In this document: positions 17,303-26,784 of the stretch, piece after piece | Position numbering within the stretch: the stretch's first letter is position 1 | Layout: every line of letters begins with the position of its first letter | Virus record (IMG/VR): IMGVR_UViG_3300016656_000038 | Location: 1-52,438 of that record | DNA length: 52,438 nt | Source: a virus | Lineage: Duplodnaviria; Caudoviricetes | Direction: 5' to 3' (one strand) | Notes under the pieces: model-generated | The model's input: only the letters and a program-made list of their open reading frames with translations | Database searches by the model: none | What the model was told of the DNA's origin: nothing | Translations under genes and position numbers: made by a program

Positions 17303-17971
17303 TTAGAACATGGAAGGCTGGCGAGCGTCGTCCTGACGGTCCAGCGTCCGAAGAAGCGTCTCCCCCTGGTGTTTCTTGTCCCAGATGAACCAGCCGTTCA
17401 GCATGGGCGGCGAGCCCTGGCCGGTGAAGTCGATCTTCCAGCGCATGATGTAGGCGCGCGCCGGCGGGTGTTTGGCCCAGAAGGGACCCAGCCCTCCAGC
17501 GCCCGGCCAAGTCCAGTTCAGCAAGAGGGCCATATAGTCGAGGTCGAGGACGTCGAGGGCGTGATAGAGCCATCGGGCCTTCCCGTTCCCCCATCCGCAC
17601 TGATCGAAAGGCGGGTTCTGGATGGTCGCGCGCGCCGGCGCCTCGGTGAAGTCATAGAAGCTTCTGATCTCGGCGCCGACGCCCCGGTCGACCAGGTCGG
17701 ACGAATAGGTCTTCAGGCCGACGGCCTGCATCTCCCGAACCAGCGCGTTATCGCCGCAGCTACCATCCCAGATGCAGTCGAAGTCCCGAAGGCGATCCAT
17801 CTCCGCCCGGAGAAGCGCGCGGATTGGCTCTGGCGGGGTTGGATAGAACTCGTCTTTCTCGCGCTCCAGGCCCTCGGGGTCCTTCACATAGGAGCCGTCG
17901 AGAAGGCGGCGCGCGACCGGCTTCCGGCGCTTGCCGGTTGCCCTGAAGAGGCCAGAGGCGGAGGCGGTCAT
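17303..17971 (-). CDS. Amino (N6-adenine-type) DNA methyltransferase
   Basis: EFYPTP, WDGSCGD (SAM binding), IQNPPF. Confidence 0.78.
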   Translation of the reverse strand: MTASASGLFRATGKRRKPVARRLLDGSYVKDPEGLEREKDEFYPTPPEPIRALLRAEMDRLRDFDCIWDGSCGDNALVREMQAVGLKTYSSDLVDRGVGAEIRSFYDFTEAPARATIQNPPFDQCGWGNGKARWLYHALDVLDLDYMALLLNWTWPGAGGLGPFWAKHPPARAYIMRWKIDFTGQGSPPMLNGWFIWDKKHQGETLLRTLDRQDDARQPSMF

Positions 17972-18666
17972 ATGGCTTCCTGAAGATGGGCCATCAGCTG
18001 GGCGCCGACGTGGCGCGTATAGGCCGGCGGAACCGCCTCGCTGATCTCGCCCATGCTGGCCCACGGCATCCCCATCAGCTGACGGGCCAAGGCGGGACGA
18101 TCTTCGCCTGGGAAGTCCACCGTCCGCCCCGTTCCCTTGCCGGTTCGATAGTCGCCGCCGCGCGCCCGAAGGTGTCCCCCATAGACGTTCGCGATGGGAT
18201 AGCGGGCGCCCGGATCATCTGGCGCCTGAAGCGGGAAGTTCGTTTCGAACAGCCGCTCGCGCGATAGGTCGAACCGCTGGCCCCGCGACGTCACCAGATG
18301 GCAATCGAACATCGTCCCGAAGAGCGAGACCGGATCGATCAGTTCGTCGCGCGCCCCCCGGACGTTCTCGATCACATACGGCAGGCCCGAGGCCTTCAGA
18401 AGAGCCCGCGTCTGGGGGATCAGGTTAAGCCATCGGCTCTTGTCGTTGTTCATCTCGGTTAAGCCCTGGCAGGGCGGCGACGCGTGAACGGCGTCGAACA
18501 TCCGAAGGAACTCCAGCGGCAGGGCCAAAACGTCCGCGACGATCAGCGGATGGGGGTTCCGGCGGTGCTGGACCAAATCGACGCCCATCACGTCGAAGCC
18601 GGCCTGACGATAGCCCTCGCCGGCGCCGCCGGCGCAAGCGAAGAGGTCGAGGATGCGAGGGCTCAT
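17968..18666 (-). CDS. C5-cytosine DNA methyltransferase
   Basis: LDLFACAGG, ASPPCQ, IENV, EAVPP. Confidence 0.85.
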   Translation of the reverse strand: MSPRILDLFACAGGAGEGYRQAGFDVMGVDLVQHRRNPHPLIVADVLALPLEFLRMFDAVHASPPCQGLTEMNNDKSRWLNLIPQTRALLKASGLPYVIENVRGARDELIDPVSLFGTMFDCHLVTSRGQRFDLSRERLFETNFPLQAPDDPGARYPIANVYGGHLRARGGDYRTGKGTGRTVDFPGEDRPALARQLMGMPWASMGEISEAVPPAYTRHVGAQLMAHLQEAI

Positions 18667-18863
18667 TTGCGAAGGTCCCAGAGGACCGAAAGCGCGATCT
18701 GGCGCGCGACATTCGTCCAGTATCGGCTAGGCGTCGACGACCCGCCCAGCCGCGCCCAGCTGGCGAGGTCCCGGTTTGCGGCGGTATCGAAGCCCCCCAT
18801 GATCCGGGCGGCGCGTTCCGGGCCGTGACACCACGCGAGGCGCCGATGAAGTTCGTCGTTCAT
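18663..18863 (-). CDS. Hypothetical protein
   Basis: ATGA coupling on both sides. Confidence 0.55.
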   Translation of the reverse strand: MNDELHRRLAWCHGPERAARIMGGFDTAANRDLASWARLGGSSTPSRYWTNVARQIALSVLWDLRK

Positions 18864-19402
18864 AGAAGGCCCCCTCGGCCCTTACTCCAGATGATGCGGT
18901 CCCACCGTTCGTTTTGGCGGGGGTTGAGTTCGCGGATGCCGATCTTCCAGCCGGCGAAAGCGTCGGCCGCGTCTTCTTGGCCTTCCTTCTTCGTCGGAGG
19001 GAGATCGATCCCGCAGAGAAGTGCGACCTCGACCATGTCGGCCTTGCTGGCGTCGTGACGGCCCGTCAGTTCCTTCTTCAGGTCGCGAAGGTCCTTCTCG
19101 AAGGTCGGGATTTCGTGACGCGCCGCGACCGTCTCCAGGATCACCCCGAGGCCATAGATTTTCCTGATCTTCAGCAGCGTGTCGGTCGGGGTCAGGATCG
19201 GGCTTTCGTAACCGATCGATGTCGGCCGGAAGGTCGCGATGTGGGTCTCGACCCAGCGCTCGAAGAAGAGGCCCATCGCCCCCAGGTCCTCGCCAAAGTC
19301 GGGGATGCGGAAGGCCCCGCAGACGGGACGGGTCTCGCCCGTCCCGCTGCAAAAGCCGGTCAGCCCTGGCGCGAGGTCAAAGAAGCTGACCTGGTCGACC
19401 AT
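18860..19402 (-). CDS. RuvC-like Holliday junction resolvase
   Basis: FDLAPGLTG, GYESP, KKELTG...ASKADM, DAADA. Confidence 0.75.
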   Translation of the reverse strand: MVDQVSFFDLAPGLTGFCSGTGETRPVCGAFRIPDFGEDLGAMGLFFERWVETHIATFRPTSIGYESPILTPTDTLLKIRKIYGLGVILETVAARHEIPTFEKDLRDLKKELTGRHDASKADMVEVALLCGIDLPPTKKEGQEDAADAFAGWKIGIRELNPRQNERWDRIIWSKGRGGLL

Positions 19403-20154
19403 CAGACCGCCTCGGCGCCGTCGTCGTCGCCGCTCGGGTCGGACCCCTCGATGGTCGACGGGCGCGACGTCTGGGCCGCCAGTTCGTCGGCCGTGGCCTC
19501 GAAGTCATCCCGGGTTTGCTCGGGCTCGACCGAAGGCGGCACCGCCATGGAAGGACCTTCCGGCTTGGGCTTCTTGTCCGGCGCCAGGCTCCAGGCGTTC
19601 ATCTCCTGGCCGCGATCATATTCCTGCATCCAAGGTTGCCAGAACCGTTCGGGGACGCCCGCCTCCTTCGGGTCGCGCTTGTCCGCCCGAAGGCCGGCCG
19701 TGTAGCCGTGACCGCGCCAGTCCAGTTCGTCCTTCGCGGCTTCCGGCATCCGGTCGAGGAGATCGCCTTGGGTTCCGACAGGCAGGCCCAGATATTCGCG
19801 GAAGCGCGTCCGACGCTCTTCGACCTCGCGGAGGTCCTTTCGGGTCCCCTTGACCGCGCTGTCCTTCAGGAGGTCGCGGATTTCGCCCTTCTTGAAGCCG
19901 GCCGCCTGGGCCTGGTCGAGGATCGAGTTAACGGCGTCGCGCTTTTCCTTCACGACGGCTTGCGCCTTCTCGACCTCCGCCTGGGCGGTCCGCATCTTCG
20001 CCATCACGGATAGAAGCTGGGCCTGTTCGGCCTCGCGGATGGCCTCTAGGTTGTTCTTCGGGGCGCCGTCATCTTTCCGCCCGGTCTCGGTCGGGGGCGG
20101 GGAGTGAAGGTCCCGGATTTTGTCGCTTTGCGACTTTGGCTTTCGTCCCGCCAT
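19402..20154 (-). CDS. Protein with a GapR/DUF2312-like segment
   Basis: Coiled coil then AQAAGFKKGEIRDLLK...YLGL; acidic tail. Confidence 0.5.
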   Translation of the reverse strand: MAGRKPKSQSDKIRDLHSPPPTETGRKDDGAPKNNLEAIREAEQAQLLSVMAKMRTAQAEVEKAQAVVKEKRDAVNSILDQAQAAGFKKGEIRDLLKDSAVKGTRKDLREVEERRTRFREYLGLPVGTQGDLLDRMPEAAKDELDWRGHGYTAGLRADKRDPKEAGVPERFWQPWMQEYDRGQEMNAWSLAPDKKPKPEGPSMAVPPSVEPEQTRDDFEATADELAAQTSRPSTIEGSDPSGDDDGAEAV

Positions 20155-20205
20155 CGGGTCGGTCTCCTGGGCGCCGCAGGGCCGGGGGCGCCATCCGGTA
20201 TCCCG

Positions 20206-20631
20206 TCAGGGATTGGTCGATCCGATCTCTTTCAAAGCCTTTTCGGCCGCTCGGATGATAACGGTCTGCGCATCGATCTTCTTCTGGACCAGAAGCCTTG
20301 AAGCCTCGAACCGGACCAGCTTTATCCGGGCGGCCGCGATCTCTTGGCGCAGTTTCTGAACCTTCTCCCGTTGATACGGATCAACGCTGAATGAGGACTC
20401 CGGGGAAGCGCTGATCCGTCTAAGAGCCGCCTCGACGAAGGGGATCGCTTTCATGGGGATCGCGTCACGATAGGCCCACATGCGGACGCGGACGTCGCTC
20501 ACTGGAAAGCCGACGTCGGTTAAATCGCGAGCCATGGCGGCGCGAGAGGGCCATTTGGAGAAGACCCTGGCGAAGGTCTCTTTTGTCTCGATCATGGGCT
20601 GCAAACTGGTTCGGGCCGTTACGTCCGTCAA
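20206..20631 (-). CDS. Cro-like HTH regulator
   Basis: SRAAMARDL..VSDVRVRMWAYRDAIP; first gene left of the divergent promoter. Confidence 0.6.
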   Translation of the reverse strand: MTDVTARTSLQPMIETKETFARVFSKWPSRAAMARDLTDVGFPVSDVRVRMWAYRDAIPMKAIPFVEAALRRISASPESSFSVDPYQREKVQKLRQEIAAARIKLVRFEASRLLVQKKIDAQTVIIRAAEKALKEIGSTNP

Positions 20632-20729
20632 GCACGATTTTTCCGTCTTGCGGTGTAACGCGATGCATGGCTTATAGTCTGGCTATCGAGACCACCCAGC
20701 GCCGGCGCCAACCGGCAGGAGAACCCCAG
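20632..20729. promoter_or_regulatory. Divergent promoter region with leader copy
   Basis: AT-richer gap; TTGCGG and TATAGT; ATCGAGAC at 20685; GCCGG-CGCCAA-CCGGC at 20701-20716; AGGAG. Confidence 0.65.
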
Positions 20730-20966
20730 ATGACAGACACCCCCGCCGCCCCTTCGGCCGAGCAACAAGCCGATGTCGGCCGCGTCGACGTTCCCGGTGC
20801 CGTCCGCGACGTCATTGTGACGATCCGCGCCCGCGCGCTCCGGCTGGACCGGACGCTGAACGCCCATTGGACGTCGCTCGAAAAGCGCAACGCGGCCGAA
20901 GAGGAACTTCTGGTTCTGGCCGAAGACGCCCTGTCGGCCCATCGGCTCCTCCGGTCGCTCCGTTGA
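20730..20966 (+). CDS. Hypothetical protein
   Basis: AGGAG RBS; MTDTPAAP. Confidence 0.65.
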   Translation: MTDTPAAPSAEQQADVGRVDVPGAVRDVIVTIRARALRLDRTLNAHWTSLEKRNAAEEELLVLAEDALSAHRLLRSLR

Positions 20967-21130
20967 GCCCGCCGCGCGAACCCCAGTCGGCCGAGGAGGT
21001 CCTTTCGGTCCTCGCGATGGCCGCCGGAGGCCTGAAGCGCCTCCAGACCGCAACCCCGCAGGAGGTCGCTCGCCTCCGCATCCTGATCGCAGACTTGGAC
21101 CGCCAGATGGTCCTTAAATGGAGGGCCTGA
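20963..21130 (+). CDS. Hypothetical protein
   Basis: TTGA overlap with upstream stop. Confidence 0.5.
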   Translation: MSPPREPQSAEEVLSVLAMAAGGLKRLQTATPQEVARLRILIADLDRQMVLKWRA

Positions 21131-21381
21131 TGGCCGAAGAAGAGTATCGATTGGCGGTTAATCCCGGCTTTCAGGTTGGCGACAAAGTCATCCCCGACAC
21201 CTTGGCGCGCGATAATGACGGGTCGCTGATTATTCTAACCGGACGCGGTGAGAAATCCCGTCGCGCTCTAATCATCCCTCGGGTCATTCGCCTGAAGCGC
21301 GGCGCTCCATACGACACGCCAGACCCCGAACAAGAACGTCTGGCGCGCAATATCCTCAACCTGTTGAACGGGAAAGCCTGA
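21130..21381 (+). CDS. Hypothetical protein
   Basis: TGATG coupling. Confidence 0.55.
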   Translation: MAEEEYRLAVNPGFQVGDKVIPDTLARDNDGSLIILTGRGEKSRRALIIPRVIRLKRGAPYDTPDPEQERLARNILNLLNGKA

Positions 21382-22679
21382 TGGCCGACAAGACCTATCG
21401 CATCGTCGAACTTCAGGCGGAGAACTTCAAACGCCTGAAGGCCGTCTCTATCCGGCCGGACGCTGACGTCGTCGAGATCACCGGCCGCAACGGGCAGGGG
21501 AAGACCTCGATCCTCGACGCCATTCTGGGCGGACTGGGCGGCGGCCGGGCGCTTCCGATGAAGCCGATCCGCGCCGGGCAGGAGAGCGCCGTCATCCGCT
21601 TGGACCTTGGCGACCTGAAGGTGACGCGCCGGTTCAAGACCAGCGAGACGAACGCCAAGGGCTGGACGACCGACGTCATCGTCGAGAGCGAGATGGGCGG
21701 CCGCTTCCAGAAACCGCAGGACGTCCTCGACGCGCTGGTCGGGGAGTTCACCTTCGACCCGCTCGGCTTCACCCGCCTGAAGGAGGACGAACAGTTCGAG
21801 GCCCTGAAGGCGTTCGTCCCCGACTTCCAGTTCGAGGAGTCCGCCGGTCTGGACCGGACCGACTTCGCCACGCGGACCGAGGTCAACCGTGACGCCAAGG
21901 CTCTGCGCGCGCAGGCCGAGGCGATCACCCTTCCGGCCGGCAAGGTCCCGGCGGCCGTCGACGTCGCGGCCCTGGAGGCGAAACTGGCCGAGGCCGGGAC
22001 CCATAACGCCAGCATCGCCCAACGGAAGGCGCGGCGGGAACAGGTCGACGAACGCATCTCCCAGCTGAACGCGGAGATCGAGCGCCTTCAGGCCGAACTC
22101 GCCGGTCTGGAGGAGGCCAAGGCGCAGGCCGAACCGCTCCCCGAACCCATCGACACCGCCCAAGTTCAGGAAGCCCTCGCGGCTGGCCGCGCGGCGAATG
22201 CCGTCCGGGAGCAGGCCGCGCGCCGCGACGCGCTGAACGCCCAAGCGGCCGCGAAGGAGGCCGAATCCGCCAAGCTGACTAAGGCCATGGAGGACCGCGA
22301 GGCCGCCCGTCAGGCCGCGATCAAGGCGGCGAAGATGCCCGTCCCCGGATTGGGCTTCGACCCGGCCGGGTTTATCACCCTGAACGGCCAACCCTTCAGT
22401 CAGGCCAGCGACGCGGAGCAGCTGCGCGCGAGCATCGCCATCGCGGCCGCCAAGAACCCCCAGCTTCGCATCGCTCGCGTTCGGGACGGTTCGCTCCTCG
22501 ATGACGTCGCGATGGTCGAACTTAAGCGGTTTGCGGCCGAGAACGACCTTCAGGTCTGGATCGAGCGCGTCGACTCCTCGGGGACCGTCGGCTTCGTCCT
22601 GGAGGACGGCGAACTGAAGGACGACGACTGGGGCGAGCGCGTCGCGGCGCCTGTCGACGACGGCGAGGAGGCGATCTGA
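21381..22679 (+). CDS. SMC/SbcC-like AAA ATPase
   Basis: ENFKRL, GRNGQGKTS Walker A, coiled coil, SDAEQ signature, RDGSLLD. Confidence 0.85.
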   Translation: MADKTYRIVELQAENFKRLKAVSIRPDADVVEITGRNGQGKTSILDAILGGLGGGRALPMKPIRAGQESAVIRLDLGDLKVTRRFKTSETNAKGWTTDVIVESEMGGRFQKPQDVLDALVGEFTFDPLGFTRLKEDEQFEALKAFVPDFQFEESAGLDRTDFATRTEVNRDAKALRAQAEAITLPAGKVPAAVDVAALEAKLAEAGTHNASIAQRKARREQVDERISQLNAEIERLQAELAGLEEAKAQAEPLPEPIDTAQVQEALAAGRAANAVREQAARRDALNAQAAAKEAESAKLTKAMEDREAARQAAIKAAKMPVPGLGFDPAGFITLNGQPFSQASDAEQLRASIAIAAAKNPQLRIARVRDGSLLDDVAMVELKRFAAENDLQVWIERVDSSGTVGFVLEDGELKDDDWGERVAAPVDDGEEAI

Positions 22680-22933
22680 TGGCCTATTCCATTCGGACCT
22701 ATGAGATCACGCAGAACCAAGGCGCCTTTCCCGGGCCAGCGCCCGAGGGGGAGCGGTTCGTCGCTATCATCAGGCGCGGACCGAACCTTGCATCCTTCAC
22801 GTTCGCCGCGACCGAGGAGGAAGCGGAGGGGAAGGCCGAGGCCTTCGTCGCCGCGAACCCTGAACCCGAGCCGCGCAAACCGCGCGCGCCGAAAACCACC
22901 ACCCCAGCCGAAGAGATCGAGGAAGCGATTTGA
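22679..22933 (+). CDS. Hypothetical protein
   Basis: Coupled on both sides. Confidence 0.6.
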   Translation: MAYSIRTYEITQNQGAFPGPAPEGERFVAIIRRGPNLASFTFAATEEEAEGKAEAFVAANPEPEPRKPRAPKTTTPAEEIEEAI

Positions 22934-24000
22934 CCGACCTAGCCCCACACCTGACCGTCATCCCTTGGGACGGGAAACCGATCTCCCAGCCGGGAATCTA
23001 TTCCGGGATACCGATGTCGGCTTATCACTCGGCCGCGATCTGTGACGGCCCCAGCGTCTCCTCCTCGATCCTTCGCAAGGTCGAAGAGTTGCAGGACATG
23101 AGCAAGGTCTTCGACAAGCACTGGCCCGGGAACCCAGACCGCGAGCCGGAGCCCGAGAAGGAGGCCTATATCAAGGGCCGCGCCCGTCACACGCTGCTGC
23201 TGGGCGAAGAGGGCTTCCGCGAGGAGTTCCTGATCCGCCCGGAAACCTACCCGGACGGCGCGACCTATCCGAGCGAGGTCGGGACGCAGAAGCCGTGGCA
23301 TGGTGGGGCCAAGTGGTGCAAGGCCTGGATGGCCGCCGCCGCCCTGGCCGGGAAGTCGGTCCTGAAGGCTGACGAACTCCCGAACATTCGCGGCGCGGCC
23401 GAGCGGCTGGCGGCCCATCCGGCAATCCAAGCCGGCCTGCTGAACGGTCTTATCGAACATTCGATCTTCTATCGGGACCAGAAGACGGGCCTGTGGGTCA
23501 AGGTTCGCCCGGACTCCATCCCGACCTCGGGGACGATGGTCGCTGACTACAAGGGGACCGACAGCGTCCACCCCCAGAAGGTCCGCAAGGCGATAACCGA
23601 GTTCGGCTATCATCAGCAGCTTGCGTTGATCGCGGACGCCTTCTTCGAGGTCGCCGGGATCACGCTCGGGATCGATGACCACGTTCTGGTCTTCCAAGAG
23701 TGGAACCGCCCTTGGTCGATCAACAACAAGCCCCTGACCCCAACGGCGATCTATCGCGGCCGCCAGCAGAACCGCCGGGCGCTCGACCGGATCGCTGAAT
23801 GCATCCAGACCGGCGTCTGGCCCGGCCCAGATGACGACATGGTCCCGGCCGACCTTCAGGACTTCCGCGAAAAGCAGCTGAAGTTCGAAGAAGAGCATGG
23901 TCTGCTCCCCGAGGTCGAGGAGCCGAACGCCTCGCCTCGCCAACCCTCTGCCGCCTCCCAAGCGATCCGCGCCCAAGCGGACGCCGAAGAAGCGATCTAA
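22930..24000 (+). CDS. RecE/exonuclease VIII-like PD-(D/E)XK nuclease (DUF3799)
   Basis: YH...SVSSS, KVRPD, ADYK, FGYHQQ. Confidence 0.82.
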   Translation: MTDLAPHLTVIPWDGKPISQPGIYSGIPMSAYHSAAICDGPSVSSSILRKVEELQDMSKVFDKHWPGNPDREPEPEKEAYIKGRARHTLLLGEEGFREEFLIRPETYPDGATYPSEVGTQKPWHGGAKWCKAWMAAAALAGKSVLKADELPNIRGAAERLAAHPAIQAGLLNGLIEHSIFYRDQKTGLWVKVRPDSIPTSGTMVADYKGTDSVHPQKVRKAITEFGYHQQLALIADAFFEVAGITLGIDDHVLVFQEWNRPWSINNKPLTPTAIYRGRQQNRRALDRIAECIQTGVWPGPDDDMVPADLQDFREKQLKFEEEHGLLPEVEEPNASPRQPSAASQAIRAQADAEEAI

Positions 24001-24033
24001 CCCAGCCCCTCAACCCCAAAGGCAAATCTTAAC

Positions 24034-25908
24034 ATGACCGATCAGACCCTAATGGTCCGCCCCCAGAGGGAGGTCCGCGTCGTCGAAGACGTGATCCCCA
24101 TCCTGGACACCGCTCGCTTCGAGCATATCCAGCGGATCGCTTCCGCCATGGCGAACTCCAGCCTCATTCCCGAGACCCTTCGGGGCGTGAAGGATGGGAA
24201 CAAGTTTGTCCCCTTCGAGAACCAGGTCGTCGTCGCGAACGTCTTCCGCATCGTCTCCCAAGCGGTCGGCTGGAACATGAACCCCTTCTCGGTGATCGAC
24301 CACTGCTCGGTCGTTCATGGCCGCCTGATGTATGAAGGGAAGCTGATCCATGCGGTCGTCGAAGCCAGGTTGGGGATCAGGCTCCGATATGTCTTCGGCC
24401 GTATGATCGAGGTCGCCCAGTCGAGCGGCGCCAAGGTCCTTCGGTTCGATTCCTCCGAGGAGGGCGCGGGCGTCAATCTGGCGGTTCAGGTGATCGGCCA
24501 GTTCGACGACGAAGACGAACCCCGGACCATCGAGGGGACGGTCGAGCAGTGGAAGACCAGCGGGAATAACTCCCCATGGGGAAACCCGCTGAACTTCAAG
24601 CGTCAGCTGCGCTATCGCGGCGCGCGCGAATGGTCCCGCGCTCACTCGCCGGGAACGATCCTGGGCGTCGTCACCGAGGACGAAATCGAGGACGATCTGG
24701 ACCAGCAGGAGCGGATCACGACGACCCGTCGCGGCCCGCGTCAGAAGGCCGACCTGGTCGGCAAGCTGGAAGGTCCCAAGGCGGACGCCGGTTTCAACCA
24801 AGACCACGTCACCCGCGAGACCGCCACCGCGCCGGACGGGACCGAGCATGATGCGAAGACCGGCGAGGTCATCGAGGGCGAGGCGACCGAGGTCCGCCCT
24901 ACCGAGACGGGTTCTGTCCAGGGTGCGGAGGACAAACCGGACACGTCGGCCTCTGCATCGGATGCGTCAGACGCTACGCCGGACCCGAAGGCCTCTGGCC
25001 CGCAGGACTCCGACGAAACCTCGAACGCGAAAATCAGCGACGACGGGCCAGCGGCCGAGGATGACGACCACTTGGAAAACCTGAAGCTGACGGCCTTCGA
25101 GGACGGCTATCAGGGCGAGCCCGTCCAGGCGGTTCTCGCGGAGTGCGAGGACGACGACGAACGCGCCATCGCGGCGGCCGAGCATGAACGCGGCCGACTG
25201 GCCCGGATCGAGAAGGACGCGGCCGACGAAGCCAAGAGCGCAGACGAAGCGCTGAACGGCGCCAAGCCGACCGAGCCGGAGTTCGAGCCGGAGGACGTCG
25301 CGGGACCGGCGCCGAAGGGCGTCCGCTATATCCTCCAGAAGGACTCGATCTGGAACGGCCAACTGCCCGTCTATATCGACGGGAAGATGGTCGGGAAGAC
25401 GGGCGTCCCGGTCGAGAAGATCGCGAAGGATGGCCTGAAGCGATACGACGGCCACCCGGAGCCGACCGACCCCGCGCTGGCCTCCCAGAGCGGCGGGACC
25501 GGCGAGAAGCCGAAGGAAGCCCCGAAGGGCGGCCTCTATGCGGAGATCGCCGGGATGGAATCCTGGTTGGTCATCAAGCCCCGTCTGGGCCAGCTTTACC
25601 AGACCGACGACTTCAAGGCTCTGGACCCCGCCGATCAAGCCGCCACCCGGGCGAACCTCTTCGGCGCCGTGCTGGAGATGAAGGAGCGGACCCGCGACCC
25701 GGTCGACTGGGCCGCCGATCCGTCAGCCTTCACGCTCTGGGCCGATCACATGGCCCTGTCGGGCGACCCTGACGCGGCCGACGCCATCGACGGGACCTTC
25801 CAGACCCTCCAGGCGTCCGCCGCCTTCGGTCGCATGAAGGACGAACAGAAGACCACGCTGGGCGCTCGCGTCGCCGGCATGATCTCGAAGCTGAAGGAGA
25901 AGCGCTGA
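24034..25908 (+). CDS. RecT-like annealing protein with long acidic extension
   Basis: QAVGWNMNPFSV..GRLMYEGKL..QLRYRGAREWSR..PGTILGV; follows the RecE-like gene. Confidence 0.72.
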   Translation: MTDQTLMVRPQREVRVVEDVIPILDTARFEHIQRIASAMANSSLIPETLRGVKDGNKFVPFENQVVVANVFRIVSQAVGWNMNPFSVIDHCSVVHGRLMYEGKLIHAVVEARLGIRLRYVFGRMIEVAQSSGAKVLRFDSSEEGAGVNLAVQVIGQFDDEDEPRTIEGTVEQWKTSGNNSPWGNPLNFKRQLRYRGAREWSRAHSPGTILGVVTEDEIEDDLDQQERITTTRRGPRQKADLVGKLEGPKADAGFNQDHVTRETATAPDGTEHDAKTGEVIEGEATEVRPTETGSVQGAEDKPDTSASASDASDATPDPKASGPQDSDETSNAKISDDGPAAEDDDHLENLKLTAFEDGYQGEPVQAVLAECEDDDERAIAAAEHERGRLARIEKDAADEAKSADEALNGAKPTEPEFEPEDVAGPAPKGVRYILQKDSIWNGQLPVYIDGKMVGKTGVPVEKIAKDGLKRYDGHPEPTDPALASQSGGTGEKPKEAPKGGLYAEIAGMESWLVIKPRLGQLYQTDDFKALDPADQAATRANLFGAVLEMKERTRDPVDWAADPSAFTLWADHMALSGDPDAADAIDGTFQTLQASAAFGRMKDEQKTTLGARVAGMISKLKEKR

Positions 25909-26609
25909 TGGCCGACGCGCCTAAGCACCTGGAGGCGGTCCCCCAAGGGGGGCCGTCATTCCAAGAGATGGCCGTCGAGACCGACGCGGCCGTCTTCAAC
26001 ATGATGACCGAACTCCGCGCCAGCCATCCGGGCCTCGGGGGCGCCATCGTCGCCGGGACCGCTGGCGGTCTGGCCCGCTATCAGCTGCAAGGGATGCCGG
26101 ACGGGACCAGCGCCCAACAGGTCCTCGAAGTCTTGGCGCCGACCATCCGCAAGGTCGCGGCCCAGATTGTCGAAGCCCAGCGCCAGCGCCAGGGTCGACC
26201 CGTCCCGAAGGTCCCGGTCCTGCCTCCCCAGAAGACGGCTTTCGACCGGCTTCAGTCGGCCCTCGCGACGGCGCCGTTCCCGACCTACTGCATTTCGGAA
26301 GGCGGCCGCGTGATCCTGATCTCCTCCATGGTCGCCTCGAATGGCGTCTTGACCCATGGGTCCGTCGCCAACCTGGAGGGCGCGACCAATCGGCCGGAGG
26401 AGGTCATCCACGCCCACTGCATGGCCGCCGCCGTTCGCTGGAAGGCCGACACCGAACTCTTGGAGCGCGTGAAGGAGCGCGCGGCCGAGATCAAGAGGAC
26501 CGCAACCCCACAGAACATGATCGCGGCTGACGCCGAGGTCTTCGCGCTCGATTGGGTCGCCCGCCTGATCGAGAACCCCGAAGGAGAGACCCATGTTGGA
26601 AACGCCTAA
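25908..26609 (+). CDS. Hypothetical protein
   Basis: TGATG coupling. Confidence 0.6.
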   Translation: MADAPKHLEAVPQGGPSFQEMAVETDAAVFNMMTELRASHPGLGGAIVAGTAGGLARYQLQGMPDGTSAQQVLEVLAPTIRKVAAQIVEAQRQRQGRPVPKVPVLPPQKTAFDRLQSALATAPFPTYCISEGGRVILISSMVASNGVLTHGSVANLEGATNRPEEVIHAHCMAAAVRWKADTELLERVKERAAEIKRTATPQNMIAADAEVFALDWVARLIENPEGETHVGNA

Positions 26610-26784
26610 GCCCAAGTCGAAGCGCGGCTTCGCCTCTATGGACCCCGAGCGGCGGCGCGAGATCGCCCGGCTGGGCGGGGCCAGCGTCAAGCCCGAGAAC
26701 CGTTCGTTCAGCCGGAACGCGACCCTTGCGTCCGTCTCTGGCGCCAAGGGCGGCTCGGCCAAGCGGAAGGAGCCTTCAGCATGA
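26593..26784 (+). CDS. KGG-repeat (general stress/Con-10-like) protein
   Basis: RGFASMDPERRREIARLGG...GAKGG. Confidence 0.8.
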   Translation: MLETPKPKSKRGFASMDPERRREIARLGGASVKPENRSFSRNATLASVSGAKGGSAKRKEPSA

